From an uncultured Alistipes sp. (GTDB lineage: Bacteria; Bacteroidota; Bacteroidia; Bacteroidales; UBA932): a stretch of DNA of 64,000 bases. Positions 9,427 to 20,078 of the stretch are shown here, piece after piece (position 1 is the first letter of the stretch; each line of letters begins with the position of its first letter). The translations under genes were made by a program, and so were the position numbers. The notes under the pieces were generated by a model. That model ran no database searches. It was not told the DNA's origin and worked only from the letters and a program-made list of their open reading frames with translations. The stretch lies in the NCBI GenBank assembly GCA_945787505.1, contig CALZHC010000001.1:4971-68970 (forward strand), read 5' to 3'.

Positions 9427-11133
9427 CTAACGATTTTTAAAGAAGAGTGACTTCTGACGCCGTTTTTCCTCCGGATTCTTCTCCACAAAGATCTTTTTTC
9501 TATCCTTTATACTCATTCGGGCATAGTACATGACTGAGGATGCTGTCATGGGAGTCGGTGTAAAATCTTGTACCTGATCCAGAGCTATCCCTTTCAGATA
9601 GGGGTGGCGGGAGAGGGCCTCCATATCTTTCATCGTACATCCCGGATGAGACGAAATAAAGTAGGGTACAATCTTGAAATTGAGATTCTCCTTGGCCATG
9701 AGTTTGTCAAACTCCCTCCTGAGCACTCCGAAAAGTTCGAATGAGGGTTTTGACATATATTTGAGTACACTCTCCTGTGTGTGTTCAGGAGCGACTTTGA
9801 ACCATCCCGAGGTATGCTTTGTCACCACCTCCTTGAAATACTCATATCCGCTTTTATCTATAAAGCCATCCTTGTCGAGAAAAAGGTCATACCTGATACC
9901 GCTGCCTACAAAACTTCTTTTAACCTGAGGTATCTTTGAAATCTCTTTGTAAAGATTCAGTATATTCTCGTGCGAACACTCCATGTTAGGACATCGTGAG
10001 GGAAAGAGACACGATTTCCTGCTGCAGCGACTGCACAGTTTTCTGTCCCTTCCGGCCATCATATACATATTGGCAGTAGGTGCTCCGATATCAGAGAGTA
10101 CCCCTTTGAATTCAGGATTAGTGGTATGCTTCTTTATCTCACCTACAATGGAAGAAACAGAACGACTCTGGATAAATTTTCCCTGATGTGCAGCTATAGT
10201 ACAGAAACTGCATCCACCGAAACACCCCCTGTGGATGGTTATTGAATTCTTTATCATATCGAATGCCGGAATCCTCTTGTTCTTGTACCTTGGATGGGGA
10301 AGTCTGGTATAAGGGAGGTCATACCATGAGTCCATCTCTTCGGTGGTAGCGGGAGGATATGGGGGATTGAGTACGACACATCCGTCACTGTAGGGCTCTA
10401 CCATTCTCGGGGGAGAGAGTTTGTTGGCCTGCGTCTCGAAGACATCGAAATTCTCCACGAACTTTTCCTTGTCCCTGACTGCCTCTTCATAAGAATGGAA
10501 GACCACATCTCCATCCGTTACAATCTCCTTCAGAGGAACTTTTGCGAAATAGGCTGTCTGCGGTATATCGTACGGGTTCTCTCCAGCCTCCAATGCGTGC
10601 GCAAGTGCAGTTATAGGTCTTTCTCCCATGCCGTAGATAAGGAAATCTGCCCCGCTGTCGACCAGTACAGAGGGCTTGAGCCTATCCTGCCAGTAGTCAT
10701 AATGACAGATGCGCCTGAGGGATGCCTCGATTCCGCCAATCACAACAGGAATCTCCGGGTAGAGTCTCTTGAGTATTTTTGTATAGACGGTGACAGCGTA
10801 ATCGGGACGCATTCCAGCCTTTGCGTCAGGGGTATAGGCGTCATCACTCCTAAGCCTTCTGGCTGCAGTGTAATGGTTAACCATTGAATCCATTGCACCG
10901 GCATTTACGCCAAAGAAGAGATTCGGGCGACCCAATTTCCTGAAATCTCTCAAGTCATCCCGCCAGTTAGGCTGTGGGACTACAGCCACACGATAGCCGC
11001 ATGATGTAAGTACTCTTGCAATTACCGCAGTACCGAAAGCGGGATGGTCTATGAAGGCATCACCACTGAATATGATAATGTCTACAGAGTCCCATCCCAG
11101 CTTTTCGACCTCTTTTACAGAAGTGGGAATCAT
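9427..11133 (-). CDS. ygiQ: YgiQ-family radical SAM protein (UPF0313)
   Basis: 568 aa. N-terminal YgiQ-type domain (DIIIFSGDAFIDHPAFG), radical-SAM cluster motif CFGGCSFC, and a basic C-terminal tail. Confidence 0.85.
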   Translation of the reverse strand: MIPTSVKEVEKLGWDSVDIIIFSGDAFIDHPAFGTAVIARVLTSCGYRVAVVPQPNWRDDLRDFRKLGRPNLFFGVNAGAMDSMVNHYTAARRLRSDDAYTPDAKAGMRPDYAVTVYTKILKRLYPEIPVVIGGIEASLRRICHYDYWQDRLKPSVLVDSGADFLIYGMGERPITALAHALEAGENPYDIPQTAYFAKVPLKEIVTDGDVVFHSYEEAVRDKEKFVENFDVFETQANKLSPPRMVEPYSDGCVVLNPPYPPATTEEMDSWYDLPYTRLPHPRYKNKRIPAFDMIKNSITIHRGCFGGCSFCTIAAHQGKFIQSRSVSSIVGEIKKHTTNPEFKGVLSDIGAPTANMYMMAGRDRKLCSRCSRKSCLFPSRCPNMECSHENILNLYKEISKIPQVKRSFVGSGIRYDLFLDKDGFIDKSGYEYFKEVVTKHTSGWFKVAPEHTQESVLKYMSKPSFELFGVLRREFDKLMAKENLNFKIVPYFISSHPGCTMKDMEALSRHPYLKGIALDQVQDFTPTPMTASSVMYYARMSIKDRKKIFVEKNPEEKRRQKSLFFKNR

Positions 11134-11134
11134 A

Positions 11135-12916
11135 TTACATCTTTTCAGGTAGACGTATTCCGAGGATATCCATTGCCTTAGTGAGTGTATCAGCTATCAT
11201 GGAGGCAAGGGCAAGACGGGTTTCGCGCACCGCATTGTTTTCCTCCTTGAGAATGGTCACATCGTGATAATACTGATTAAACTCCTTTGCCAGATCGTAT
11301 GCGTAATTGGCAATCAAAGCGGGTGAATATGCCTTTCCGGCTTCAGCCACTTTCACCGGATACATATTGACAGCTTTGATGATTGAAATCTCTCTATCAT
11401 TTAGAGGTGCTGAATCATCAATGTGTGCAGTCCATCCGGCCTGAGCGGCCTTTCTTAGAATTGACTTGATACGTGCATGAGTATACTGTATGAAAGGACC
11501 GGTATTTCCGTTGAAATCTATAGATTCCTTCGGGTTGAAGAGCATTCCCTTCTTGGGGTCAACCTTGATAATAAAGTATTTAAGTGCACCGAGACTTATC
11601 ATTCTGAAGAGCTCATCCTGTTCCTCTTCTGACATTCCCTCTATTTTGCCGAGCTCCATTGATGTCTCTTTTGCAGTATTGTACATACTTTCAAGCAGGT
11701 CATCTGCGTCCACCACTGTTCCCTCTCTCGACTTCATCTTGCCTTCAGGTAATTCGACCATACCATAAGAGAGGTGGTAGATATTGTCTGCCCAGTCGAA
11801 TCCGAGTTTTTTGAGGATAAGCTTGAGAACCTGAAAATGGTAGTTCTGTTCGTTACCCACTACATATACATGTTCGTCCAGATTATATTCCGAAAAACGC
11901 TGCTGCGCTGTTCCCAAATCCTGTGTCATATAAACAGATGTTCCGTCGCCACGTAGGAGAAGTTTGCTGTCAAGACCATCTCCGGTAAGGTCACACCACA
12001 CAGAGCCATCCTCCCGGCGTTCGAAAACGCCCATCTGCAAACCCTTTTCGACAAGCGACTTGCCAAATAGATAGGTCTGTGATTCATAATACACCCTATC
12101 AAAAGAGACACCGAGTGTTTCATAGGTCTTGTCGAATCCATCATAGACCCAGCTGTTCATCTTTTTCCACAGAGCCACTGTCTCTTCATCACCTTTCTCC
12201 CAGTCCACAAGCATCTGCTGTGTCTGCTTCATGATAGGCGCCTCCCTCTTTGCCTCTTCTTCAGAGAGTCCATTGGCAATCATCTCCTTCACCTGTGCGG
12301 TGTATAGATCATTGAATTTTACATAGAAATCTCCTACCAGATGATCTCCCTTCTTTCCAGCCATTTCAGGAGTGATTCCGTTTCCCTCTCTCTTCCATGC
12401 CATCATGGACTTGCAGATATGAATTCCCCTGTCGTTGACCAGATTCACCTTCATAACATTATGACCGTTGGCCTCCAACAGCTTGGAAACTGACCATCCT
12501 AAAAGGATATTTCTTATGTGACCTAAATGGAGTGGTTTATTGGTATTGGGTGATGAGAACTCTACCATTACGTTCCTTCCGGTAGAGGGAAGGAATCCGA
12601 AGCGCTCATCAGCACATATATTCTTGAATATGGTCCTCCAGAAATCTTCAGAGAACTTGATATTGAGAAATCCCTTTACCACATTATAGGATTCTATCTC
12701 CGGTGTTGTCTGAAGGAGATACTCCCCTATCTTTTTTCCGGTCTCCTCCGGAGAGAGTTTGGAGATTTTCAGTACCGGAAAGAGGACCGCAGTCACATCT
12801 CCTGTAAACTCTTTGCGTGTAGCCTGTATCTGTATAGGCAAATTAGCGGCAGAAGCCCCGAAAAGGGCTTCCATCGCACTACTTACCTTTGCCGCAATAA
12901 ATATATCCTGATTCAT
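11135..12916 (-). CDS. argS: Arginine--tRNA ligase
   Basis: 593 aa. Class I HIGH-type motif SSPNTNKPLHLGHIRN, a KMSK-like MKSREG, an anticodon-binding (DALR) C-terminus, and the terminal Met typical of ArgRS. Confidence 0.95.
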   Translation of the reverse strand: MNQDIFIAAKVSSAMEALFGASAANLPIQIQATRKEFTGDVTAVLFPVLKISKLSPEETGKKIGEYLLQTTPEIESYNVVKGFLNIKFSEDFWRTIFKNICADERFGFLPSTGRNVMVEFSSPNTNKPLHLGHIRNILLGWSVSKLLEANGHNVMKVNLVNDRGIHICKSMMAWKREGNGITPEMAGKKGDHLVGDFYVKFNDLYTAQVKEMIANGLSEEEAKREAPIMKQTQQMLVDWEKGDEETVALWKKMNSWVYDGFDKTYETLGVSFDRVYYESQTYLFGKSLVEKGLQMGVFERREDGSVWCDLTGDGLDSKLLLRGDGTSVYMTQDLGTAQQRFSEYNLDEHVYVVGNEQNYHFQVLKLILKKLGFDWADNIYHLSYGMVELPEGKMKSREGTVVDADDLLESMYNTAKETSMELGKIEGMSEEEQDELFRMISLGALKYFIIKVDPKKGMLFNPKESIDFNGNTGPFIQYTHARIKSILRKAAQAGWTAHIDDSAPLNDREISIIKAVNMYPVKVAEAGKAYSPALIANYAYDLAKEFNQYYHDVTILKEENNAVRETRLALASMIADTLTKAMDILGIRLPEKM

Positions 12917-12938
12917 TATCGGTTTGGTTGATTAATTG

Positions 12939-15041
12939 TTATTTCAATCCTCTATTCTTAAGTAGAGGTTCGATTCCGGGCTTTTTGCCCCTGAAGTTTA
13001 CATACAGTGTCATTGCATCATCTTCACCGCCTCTTTCAAGGACATTCTTTCTGAATCTTCCTGCAACATCCTGATTGAAGATATCACCTGTCTCCTTGAA
13101 TGCCTCGTACGCATCTGCATCAAGCACTTCTGCCCAGATATAGCTATAATATCCTACTGTGTAGCCACCGGCAAAGACATGACGGAAGTAAGTGCTTCTG
13201 TACCTGGGAGGAATCTGTGAAAGTATCTTTCTGTCTGAGAGTACTTTGGACTCGAATTTTTCCACATCCAGATCTTCGGGAATCTTGTCCATTGTATGGT
13301 AATCCATATCAAGAAGTGAAGCCGCCAGATATTCTACAGTCGCGAATCCCTGTCCATATTTGCCCACTCTGTCGAGCTTTTCGATCAGATAAGCAGGAAT
13401 CACTTCACCGGTACTCCAATGTGTAGCATATTCCTTGAGTACCTGAGGTTCAAATGCCCAATGTTCCATAATCTGTGAAGGAAGTTCGACAAAGTCACGT
13501 GTAATCGATGCATTTCCATTATATTTCACATCCTGAAGAAGGCCCTGCAGCGCATGTCCGAACTCGTGGAAGAACGTAGAAGTCTCATCAGGTGTAAGAA
13601 GGGCGGGTTCGTCACCGGTTCCGCGGGTGAAGTTTCCTACGATGGTAACCACAGGAGCAACCCTTTCACCATTTGAATAGTGCTGTTCACGGTATCCTGT
13701 ACACCATGCTCCGCCTCTCTTGAGACCGGGACGGGCGAACATATCCATGTAGATTACTCCAAGGTGTCTTCCGTCTGCCTCACGACATTCGAATGCTATA
13801 GCTTCGGGATTAGGTACTGGAATATTTTCTATCTGTGTGAAGGTAATACCATAGAGCTTGTTGGCAACATAGAATATACCTTTACGTACATTTTCAAAAC
13901 TCAGATATGGTCTGAGTTCCTCATCAGAGTAGTCGAACTTGGCTGCCTTCACCTTTTCGAAGTAATATCTCCAGTCAGAGTATCCGAAATCAGTGATACC
14001 ATCCTTAGATGCGAGAGGCTTCATATCGGCAAGTTCAGCAGAGGCAGACCTAAGAGCCGGTTTCCAAAGCTGGTCGAGAAGTCCGTAGACAGCGTCGGAG
14101 GTCTTTGCCATCCTATCCTCGAGAACATAATCAGCGTAGGTCTTGTAACCGAGAATTTCAGCCTTGCGGTCTCTCAGTTTCACGAGCTCGATGACTATAG
14201 CTTTGTTATCGTATTCGTTGTTGTTGTTTCCTCTGTTCAAGTATGCTTCAGCGATTTCTTTCCTAAGCGCTGCGTTGTCGGCATACTGGAGGAAAGGCAT
14301 CACTGAAGGGTTGTCAAGACCGAAAGCCCATCTGTTTTCGAGTCCCATTCCTTCAGCGCGCTTTGCAGCAGCTGCTATCTGAGCCTGACTTAATCCTGCC
14401 AGATTCTTCTGGTCATCTATTACGAGGGCATACTCTCCTGTCTCCTTGAGAAGGTGCTGTTCGAAGAGCATTTCAAGTTCGCTGATCCTCGAATTGATCT
14501 CCTTGAGCTCATCTTTGCTCTGCTGTGGAAGTGTCGCTCCTGATCTCTCATAACTCTTGTAAGTATCTGTGAGAAGCTTCATCTGAGCAGGGTCAAGATT
14601 CATCGATTCTCTGTTCTCATAGACGAACCTTACTCTTTCAAAGAGTTTTTCATTCATCGATATTTCATCGAAATGCTTGCTTACAAGGGGGACAAGTTCC
14701 ATTTCGACCTCCATCACCTGAGGTGTTGCATTGATTGATGATTCGCTTTCGAATACTGCATAGATTCTGTTGAAGAGATCTCCTGAGGCATCCAAAGCTG
14801 CGATAGTATTATCGAAATCCGGTTCCGCAGGGTTATTGATAATGGCATCAATCTCTGCTGTGTGCTGTTTCAGCGCTTCGATAATGGCCGGTTTATAATG
14901 TTCCACCTTAATTTTATCGAAGGGGGCTACTCCGAAAGGGGTATTCCACTCTTCCAAAAGGGGATTGTTACTGTTTGAATTACAAGATGTCAGCATAGCT
15001 GCACTGAAAGCCAAAGCGGCAATTATGTTTTTTGTTTTCAT
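12939..15041 (-). CDS. dcp: M3-family zinc metallopeptidase, peptidyl-dipeptidase Dcp / oligopeptidase A-like, lipoprotein
   Basis: 700 aa. Signal peptide and lipobox (AAMLTSC), HEXXH zinc site FFHEFGHALQG, and downstream EL/EHW motifs of the M3 family. Confidence 0.88.
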   Translation of the reverse strand: MKTKNIIAALAFSAAMLTSCNSNSNNPLLEEWNTPFGVAPFDKIKVEHYKPAIIEALKQHTAEIDAIINNPAEPDFDNTIAALDASGDLFNRIYAVFESESSINATPQVMEVEMELVPLVSKHFDEISMNEKLFERVRFVYENRESMNLDPAQMKLLTDTYKSYERSGATLPQQSKDELKEINSRISELEMLFEQHLLKETGEYALVIDDQKNLAGLSQAQIAAAAKRAEGMGLENRWAFGLDNPSVMPFLQYADNAALRKEIAEAYLNRGNNNNEYDNKAIVIELVKLRDRKAEILGYKTYADYVLEDRMAKTSDAVYGLLDQLWKPALRSASAELADMKPLASKDGITDFGYSDWRYYFEKVKAAKFDYSDEELRPYLSFENVRKGIFYVANKLYGITFTQIENIPVPNPEAIAFECREADGRHLGVIYMDMFARPGLKRGGAWCTGYREQHYSNGERVAPVVTIVGNFTRGTGDEPALLTPDETSTFFHEFGHALQGLLQDVKYNGNASITRDFVELPSQIMEHWAFEPQVLKEYATHWSTGEVIPAYLIEKLDRVGKYGQGFATVEYLAASLLDMDYHTMDKIPEDLDVEKFESKVLSDRKILSQIPPRYRSTYFRHVFAGGYTVGYYSYIWAEVLDADAYEAFKETGDIFNQDVAGRFRKNVLERGGEDDAMTLYVNFRGKKPGIEPLLKNRGLK

Positions 15042-15044
15042 TAC

Positions 15045-15908
15045 TTATCCTAAATAACTCTTGAGAAGTTTACTTCTGTTGCTGTGTCTGAGACGGCGGA
15101 TTGCCTTTTCCTTAATCTGTCTGACACGCTCACGGGTAAGACCGAATTTTTCACCGATCTCTTCGAGTGTCATCTCAGGTGTTCCAATGCCGAAGAAATC
15201 CTTCACAATATCCCTCTCCCGCTCTGTAAGTGTAGAGAGTGCCCTTTCAATCTCCTTATTAAGAGATTCGTTCACCAGGCCTCTGTCAGCATTGGGGGAG
15301 TCGCTGTTCACCAGCACATCCAGCAGGCTGTTGTCCTCACCCTCCACGAAAGGTGCATCTACTGAGACGTGTCTTCCGGATACTCTGAGGGTATCTGAAA
15401 TCTTGTCACGTGGAATATCAAGCATATCAGAGAGTTCGTCAGGCGAAGGAAGCCTTTCGAAATCCTGTTCGAATTTGGCAAGCGCCTTGTTGATCTTGTT
15501 AAGAGATCCCACCTGGTTCAGAGGAAGCCTCACGATTCTGGACTGCTCTGCCAATGCCTGAAGAATGGACTGTCTGATCCACCACACGGCATAACTGATG
15601 AATTTGAAGCCTCGTGTCTCGTCGAACTTCTCAGCCGCCTTGATCAGACCGAGGTTTCCTTCATTGATAAGGTCAGGAAGGCTGAGGCCTTGATTCTGGT
15701 ACTGCTTTGCGACTGATACCACGAACCTCAGGTTGGCTTTTGTCAATTTTTCCAAAGCCTCCTGATCACCTTTACGTATCCTTTGAGCCAGTTCCACCTC
15801 TTCTTCTACACTGATAAGCTCCTCTCGGCCTATTTCCTGAAGATACTTGTCAAGCGAGGCACTCTCACGATTCGTAATGGATTTTGTAATTTTAAGTTGT
15901 CTCATCAA
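15045..15908 (-). CDS. rpoD: Primary RNA polymerase sigma factor (Bacteroidetes sigma-A)
   Basis: 287 aa. Regions 2-4 are obvious ([53 protein letters not shown]). The short N-terminus is typical of Bacteroidetes RpoD. Confidence 0.95.
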   Translation of the reverse strand: MMRQLKITKSITNRESASLDKYLQEIGREELISVEEEVELAQRIRKGDQEALEKLTKANLRFVVSVAKQYQNQGLSLPDLINEGNLGLIKAAEKFDETRGFKFISYAVWWIRQSILQALAEQSRIVRLPLNQVGSLNKINKALAKFEQDFERLPSPDELSDMLDIPRDKISDTLRVSGRHVSVDAPFVEGEDNSLLDVLVNSDSPNADRGLVNESLNKEIERALSTLTERERDIVKDFFGIGTPEMTLEEIGEKFGLTRERVRQIKEKAIRRLRHSNRSKLLKSYLG

Positions 15909-15923
15909 AAATAATTTTGGTTA

Positions 15924-17372
15924 TTATAATCCTACAGCATAATAGTAAAGACGACCGTCAGGATAAAAACCCTCAATCAGAATTGATCTGCGAGACTTCT
16001 TAACCTGGGCAGCTACGTCCTGAGGCGAGGTGACAGGATTATTGTTTACATAGGTAATGATGAAACCCTCCTTGATGCCGGCATCCCTGACTTTTCCTCT
16101 TTCCAATTTGATGATCTTTACACCATACTTCAAATCGAGATTTTCAAGTTCTTCCTTGGGAGCAGTAGCAAGTGTAGCACCTAACAGATTAACGGTTCCG
16201 TTAATATTATAGGCATTCATCTCCTGGGTCTCTTTGGCAATAAGGGTAGCTTTGAGTTTCAGGCTCTTTTCACCCCTTATGATACCCAACTCAATAACAT
16301 CACCGGGACGGTATCTGTTGACCATTTCCTGAACCGAAGCAGAGTTTTTAACCTTCTCAGAATTAATTGATTCCAAAATGTCTCCCTCCTTGACTCCGGC
16401 AGTTGCAGCAGCACCGCCCTTTGCAACCTCGGTAATATATACGCCCTTTGAGGAAGAAAGTTTCATTTGTTCTTTTAAATCTTCAGAATTATTCGTCATT
16501 GTGATGCCCAAGACAGCTCTCTTTACACTGCCGAAAGACTTGAGATCTTCGACTACCCTTGAAACAATATTTACAGGTACTGCAAATGAATAACCGGAAT
16601 AAGCCCCTGTCTGAGAAATAATTGCAGTATTGATTCCGACCAGTTCACCCTTAACATTGACCAAAGCTCCTCCACTGTTTCCAGGATTGACGGCAGCATC
16701 TGTCTGTATGAATGATTCGATTTTGAATTCTCTCTGATTGCTCTGCATCGTACGCCCCTTTGCACTGACGATACCCGCGGTAATGGTGGATGTCAGACCG
16801 TAAGGACTTCCGATAGCAAGCACCCACTCGCCCAGGCGAAGATTGTCAGAGTTACCCATAGGGATTGTTGGCAGCCCCTTGGCATCGATTTTCAGAAGTG
16901 CAATATCAGTTGCGGGGTCAGTACCTACCAACTCTGCCTTGAATGTCTTCTGATCGGCAACCGTGACATCTATCTCTGTAGCTCCGCTGATAACATGGTT
17001 ATTGGTAACTATATAGCCATCTTCAGTAATGATGACACCCGAACCGGTACCAATCATCTCGCGTGGAACGCCATCCCCATAACCGAAGAAATAGTCAAAA
17101 ATAGAGGGAGGGGTCTGGGATTTTTCAGCTCTCTTGACCACCTTTACGTAGACAACTGCATTGACCGAATTTTCTGCAGCATATACGAAATCGGGATTCT
17201 CTCCCGAAATGGTTACATTCTGTACCACCGGACGCACACTTCCAGATTCATCAGAATAGACATAAGTATCGGACACACGGTCCTTCGAGCCGGAATTCAG
17301 TTTTACAATTCCGAGCACGACTACACTGTTGATTAAAACAGTCAGTACAATCAATAATATATTCCTTTTCAT
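15924..17372 (-). CDS. HtrA/DegP/DegQ-family periplasmic serine protease with two PDZ domains
   Basis: 482 aa. N-terminal TM anchor, catalytic His (TNNHV), Asp (DIALLKI) and Ser (GNSGGAL), and two PDZ-like C-terminal modules. Confidence 0.92.
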   Translation of the reverse strand: MKRNILLIVLTVLINSVVVLGIVKLNSGSKDRVSDTYVYSDESGSVRPVVQNVTISGENPDFVYAAENSVNAVVYVKVVKRAEKSQTPPSIFDYFFGYGDGVPREMIGTGSGVIITEDGYIVTNNHVISGATEIDVTVADQKTFKAELVGTDPATDIALLKIDAKGLPTIPMGNSDNLRLGEWVLAIGSPYGLTSTITAGIVSAKGRTMQSNQREFKIESFIQTDAAVNPGNSGGALVNVKGELVGINTAIISQTGAYSGYSFAVPVNIVSRVVEDLKSFGSVKRAVLGITMTNNSEDLKEQMKLSSSKGVYITEVAKGGAAATAGVKEGDILESINSEKVKNSASVQEMVNRYRPGDVIELGIIRGEKSLKLKATLIAKETQEMNAYNINGTVNLLGATLATAPKEELENLDLKYGVKIIKLERGKVRDAGIKEGFIITYVNNNPVTSPQDVAAQVKKSRRSILIEGFYPDGRLYYYAVGL

Positions 17373-17446
17373 ATCTCAAATTATTTTCTGTTTGTTTACC
17401 CCTTGACTCAAAATATATGCCATATACCACTCTGTAAGCTTTTGAC

Positions 17447-17454
17447 TATATTTG
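17447..17454 (+). promoter_or_regulatory. Candidate -7 box TATATTTG
   Basis: Matches TAnnTTTG and ends 25 nt upstream of ATG 17479. Confidence 0.4.
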
Positions 17455-17478
17455 CAGCACTAACAACCTCAACAAAGA

Positions 17479-18738
17479 ATGACAACACATAAAGACATCG
17501 TAATAATAGGCGGAGGAGCAGCTGGCCTAATGGCTGCAGCGCAGGCATCTTTATTATTGGAAAAAGCTAGTTCAGAGCGCATTCCAAGCGTAGCACTGAT
17601 TGAACGCAATAATATTTTGGGGAGGAAGCTGCTTCTCACCGGCAAGGGAAGATGCAACATCACCAACGCCCGAGTATGGGAAGACTTTCTGTGTCACATC
17701 CATCCAGATTCATCGTTTCTGAAGAATTCATTCTTCTCATTCGACAACATGGCTGTAATCAAATTCTTTGAACAAGAGGGACTTAAGACAATAAAAGAAC
17801 GCGGTGAAAGATATTTTCCTGAAAGTGGAAAAAGTTCCGATGTCAGGGATACACTTCAGGCAAGAGCCGCAGCATCGCGACACATTGACATAATAAAAGG
17901 AAAAAGAGTCACAAAAGTGGCTCCCAGCGGCTTCCATTTTGAAATCCGCACCGAATCCCAAGAGGGAACTGGTGAGACCATCTACGCAAGGAAGGTAATC
18001 ATAGCGACAGGAGGTCTCTCCTACCCCGTAACAGGCTCTACGGGTGACGGGTATAAGTTTGCTTTGAATACAGGTCACAAGATAACTCCTACCAGAGCTT
18101 CGCTCACAGCTCTCAAGCCCGCCTCCTACGACACCACTCTTGTGGGCACCACATTGAAGAATGTCTCCCTTACGCTTGTCATAGATGGGGACAAGGTCAT
18201 GAAAGAGGAGGGTGAGCTCTCATTCACAGATGGAGGAATCGAGGGCGCATTGGGATTCAGAGTTAGCAGACGCGCTGTCAAGGCAATCGACAACGGTCAG
18301 AAAACAGCCCTGATAATAGATCTTAAACCAGGAGTTACACTGCAGCAGCTCAGAGCGCGAATTGAGAGGGAACGCGGCAATACCCCCATCAGAAAATACC
18401 TCTCATCACTGATGCCGTCAAACATCATTAACGGATTCATTGCAAGCAATCCTCGCCTGAACTACGAAAACCTCCCTGAAGCCTTGAAAGAATGGACATT
18501 TGCAATAAACGGATATGTAGGATATGAAAGATGCGTGATCACCAACGGAGGCGTCTCGCTCAAGGATATTTCACGCAAGAGCATGGAGTCAAAAAAGATC
18601 AAAGGACTCTACTTTGCAGGCGAAGTAATGGATTTGGACGGAGATACCGGTGGTTATAACCTTCAGATTGCATTTTCAACAGCCTACACAGCCATAAGCA
18701 GTGCCATAGAGGCAATCCTTAAAGAGGATTCTATCTGA
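17479..18738 (+). CDS. HI0933/BaiN-like NAD(P)/FAD-dependent oxidoreductase
   Basis: 419 aa. N-terminal Rossmann GGGAAGLMAA, the family-typical TGKGRCNITN, and a C-terminal GEVMDLDGDTGGYNLQ. Confidence 0.85.
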   Translation: MTTHKDIVIIGGGAAGLMAAAQASLLLEKASSERIPSVALIERNNILGRKLLLTGKGRCNITNARVWEDFLCHIHPDSSFLKNSFFSFDNMAVIKFFEQEGLKTIKERGERYFPESGKSSDVRDTLQARAAASRHIDIIKGKRVTKVAPSGFHFEIRTESQEGTGETIYARKVIIATGGLSYPVTGSTGDGYKFALNTGHKITPTRASLTALKPASYDTTLVGTTLKNVSLTLVIDGDKVMKEEGELSFTDGGIEGALGFRVSRRAVKAIDNGQKTALIIDLKPGVTLQQLRARIERERGNTPIRKYLSSLMPSNIINGFIASNPRLNYENLPEALKEWTFAINGYVGYERCVITNGGVSLKDISRKSMESKKIKGLYFAGEVMDLDGDTGGYNLQIAFSTAYTAISSAIEAILKEDSI

Positions 18739-19306
18739 TAATCACATCAGTATGTATAAGCCCACCTTGAGAGAGTTTGAGCCTGCGCTCCCTCTCTATA
18801 GTAACGGGGTCTGAAAGTTCCACGGCAAAAATATCACCTGTTCTTACTGATGCAAAGCTGGATATATTGCAGAACAATGTTGCCACACTCTCCATGGGCG
18901 GGAGCTGCCGAGTGCTGAAAACGACTTTACCGTTCACACTCATTAGCAGTTCGTCTTGTTGTGAACAGAGAAGATTCAGATATTTTTCCTTCTCATAAAG
19001 GTAATTTGGAATTAAAGATGTATAATCAAGCATATTCCTAAGTGATTCTGCATCACCTCGGTTCTCGATTTCATCTGTAAAGCGACAATTCAGCAACACC
19101 CCGAAACCGAATTTGCCGAGATATCTCCCGGCAAATTCTTCGGATATCATTCTTCCCGGACGGTCTACTCTGAATGTCAGCACAGGTACTGCCTCTACAG
19201 AACTTACAAAGTCAGGGATATAAAAATCAGACAGAGCTCTTATGAGGGTATTATCCCCCCTCATGTAAAAGTGAGGGGCTCTCTTCTTCGCGACTATTAT
19301 ATTCAC
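18731..19306 (-). CDS. Hypothetical protein, possibly a degenerate fumarylacetoacetate-hydrolase (FAH)-fold protein
   Basis: 191 aa. Last gene of the dnaN-exonuclease operon (4-nt overlap with the upstream gene). The layout LLMSVNGKVVFSTRQ...SSFASVRTGDIFAVE resembles the FAH-family C-terminal half, but the ExE metal motif is not intact (VEAVPVL). Confidence 0.35.
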   Translation of the reverse strand: MNIIVAKKRAPHFYMRGDNTLIRALSDFYIPDFVSSVEAVPVLTFRVDRPGRMISEEFAGRYLGKFGFGVLLNCRFTDEIENRGDAESLRNMLDYTSLIPNYLYEKEKYLNLLCSQQDELLMSVNGKVVFSTRQLPPMESVATLFCNISSFASVRTGDIFAVELSDPVTIERERRLKLSQGGLIHTDVIIR

Positions 19307-20067
19307 CTCATCGATAGTTTAATCTCAGTGAGCACCTTTTTGGTATCGAGAGTGAAATCCCCATTCATCATCCAAGCATAGTAACTGGGCTCCTTTCTAA
19401 GAACCTCAGTGACAGGAAGTCCCTTATGCTTTCCGAAATTGAAAATGGCCACCCCATTGTCATCATACACGATCCTTCCTGCATAATCAGCAAATTTGGA
19501 TCTGGTCGAGAAATCTGCAAGGAACTTGACATCATTCTGAAGATCTTCCGGATATCTGTCAAGCTGAGCCTTGAGAACCTCGTATGTGGCCATGGTATCA
19601 GCCTCAGCTGAGTGGGCATTATTGAGATCTTTCTGGCAATAGAACTTGTAGGCTGCCACGAGTGTGCGCTGTTCCATCTTGTGGAAGATATTCTGCACAT
19701 CTATGGTTTTTCTCTTTCTGAAGTCGAAATCGACTCCGGCCCTTAGAAACTCTTCACTCAGAAGCGGAATATCGAATTTCGTAGAGTTATAGCCTGCAAT
19801 GTCACATCCTTCCAGCCATTTGGCCAGGGATTTGGCTATCTGAGCAAACGTAGGTTCTCCTGCCACATCTTCATTAGAGATTCCGTGAACTTTGTATGCC
19901 TCCTCACTGATGGGAATCGTGGGATTGAGGCGGCGAGTCTTCACTTCGCACGAACCGTCAACATTGACTTTGACCATTGAAATTTCGACTATCCTGTCTG
20001 TAGCGACATTCAGTCCGGTACTTTCTATATCGAAAAAAACCAGAGGGTTCTTAAGATTCAGTTCCAT
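19303..20067 (-). CDS. DnaQ-like 3'-5' exonuclease (DEDDh family, DNA polymerase III epsilon-like)
   Basis: 254 aa. ExoI FFDIESTGL, ExoII GYNSTKFDIPLL, ExoIII HSAEADTMAT. Confidence 0.88.
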   Translation of the reverse strand: MELNLKNPLVFFDIESTGLNVATDRIVEISMVKVNVDGSCEVKTRRLNPTIPISEEAYKVHGISNEDVAGEPTFAQIAKSLAKWLEGCDIAGYNSTKFDIPLLSEEFLRAGVDFDFRKRKTIDVQNIFHKMEQRTLVAAYKFYCQKDLNNAHSAEADTMATYEVLKAQLDRYPEDLQNDVKFLADFSTRSKFADYAGRIVYDDNGVAIFNFGKHKGLPVTEVLRKEPSYYAWMMNGDFTLDTKKVLTEIKLSMR

Positions 20068-20078
20068 TGTCTATACTT

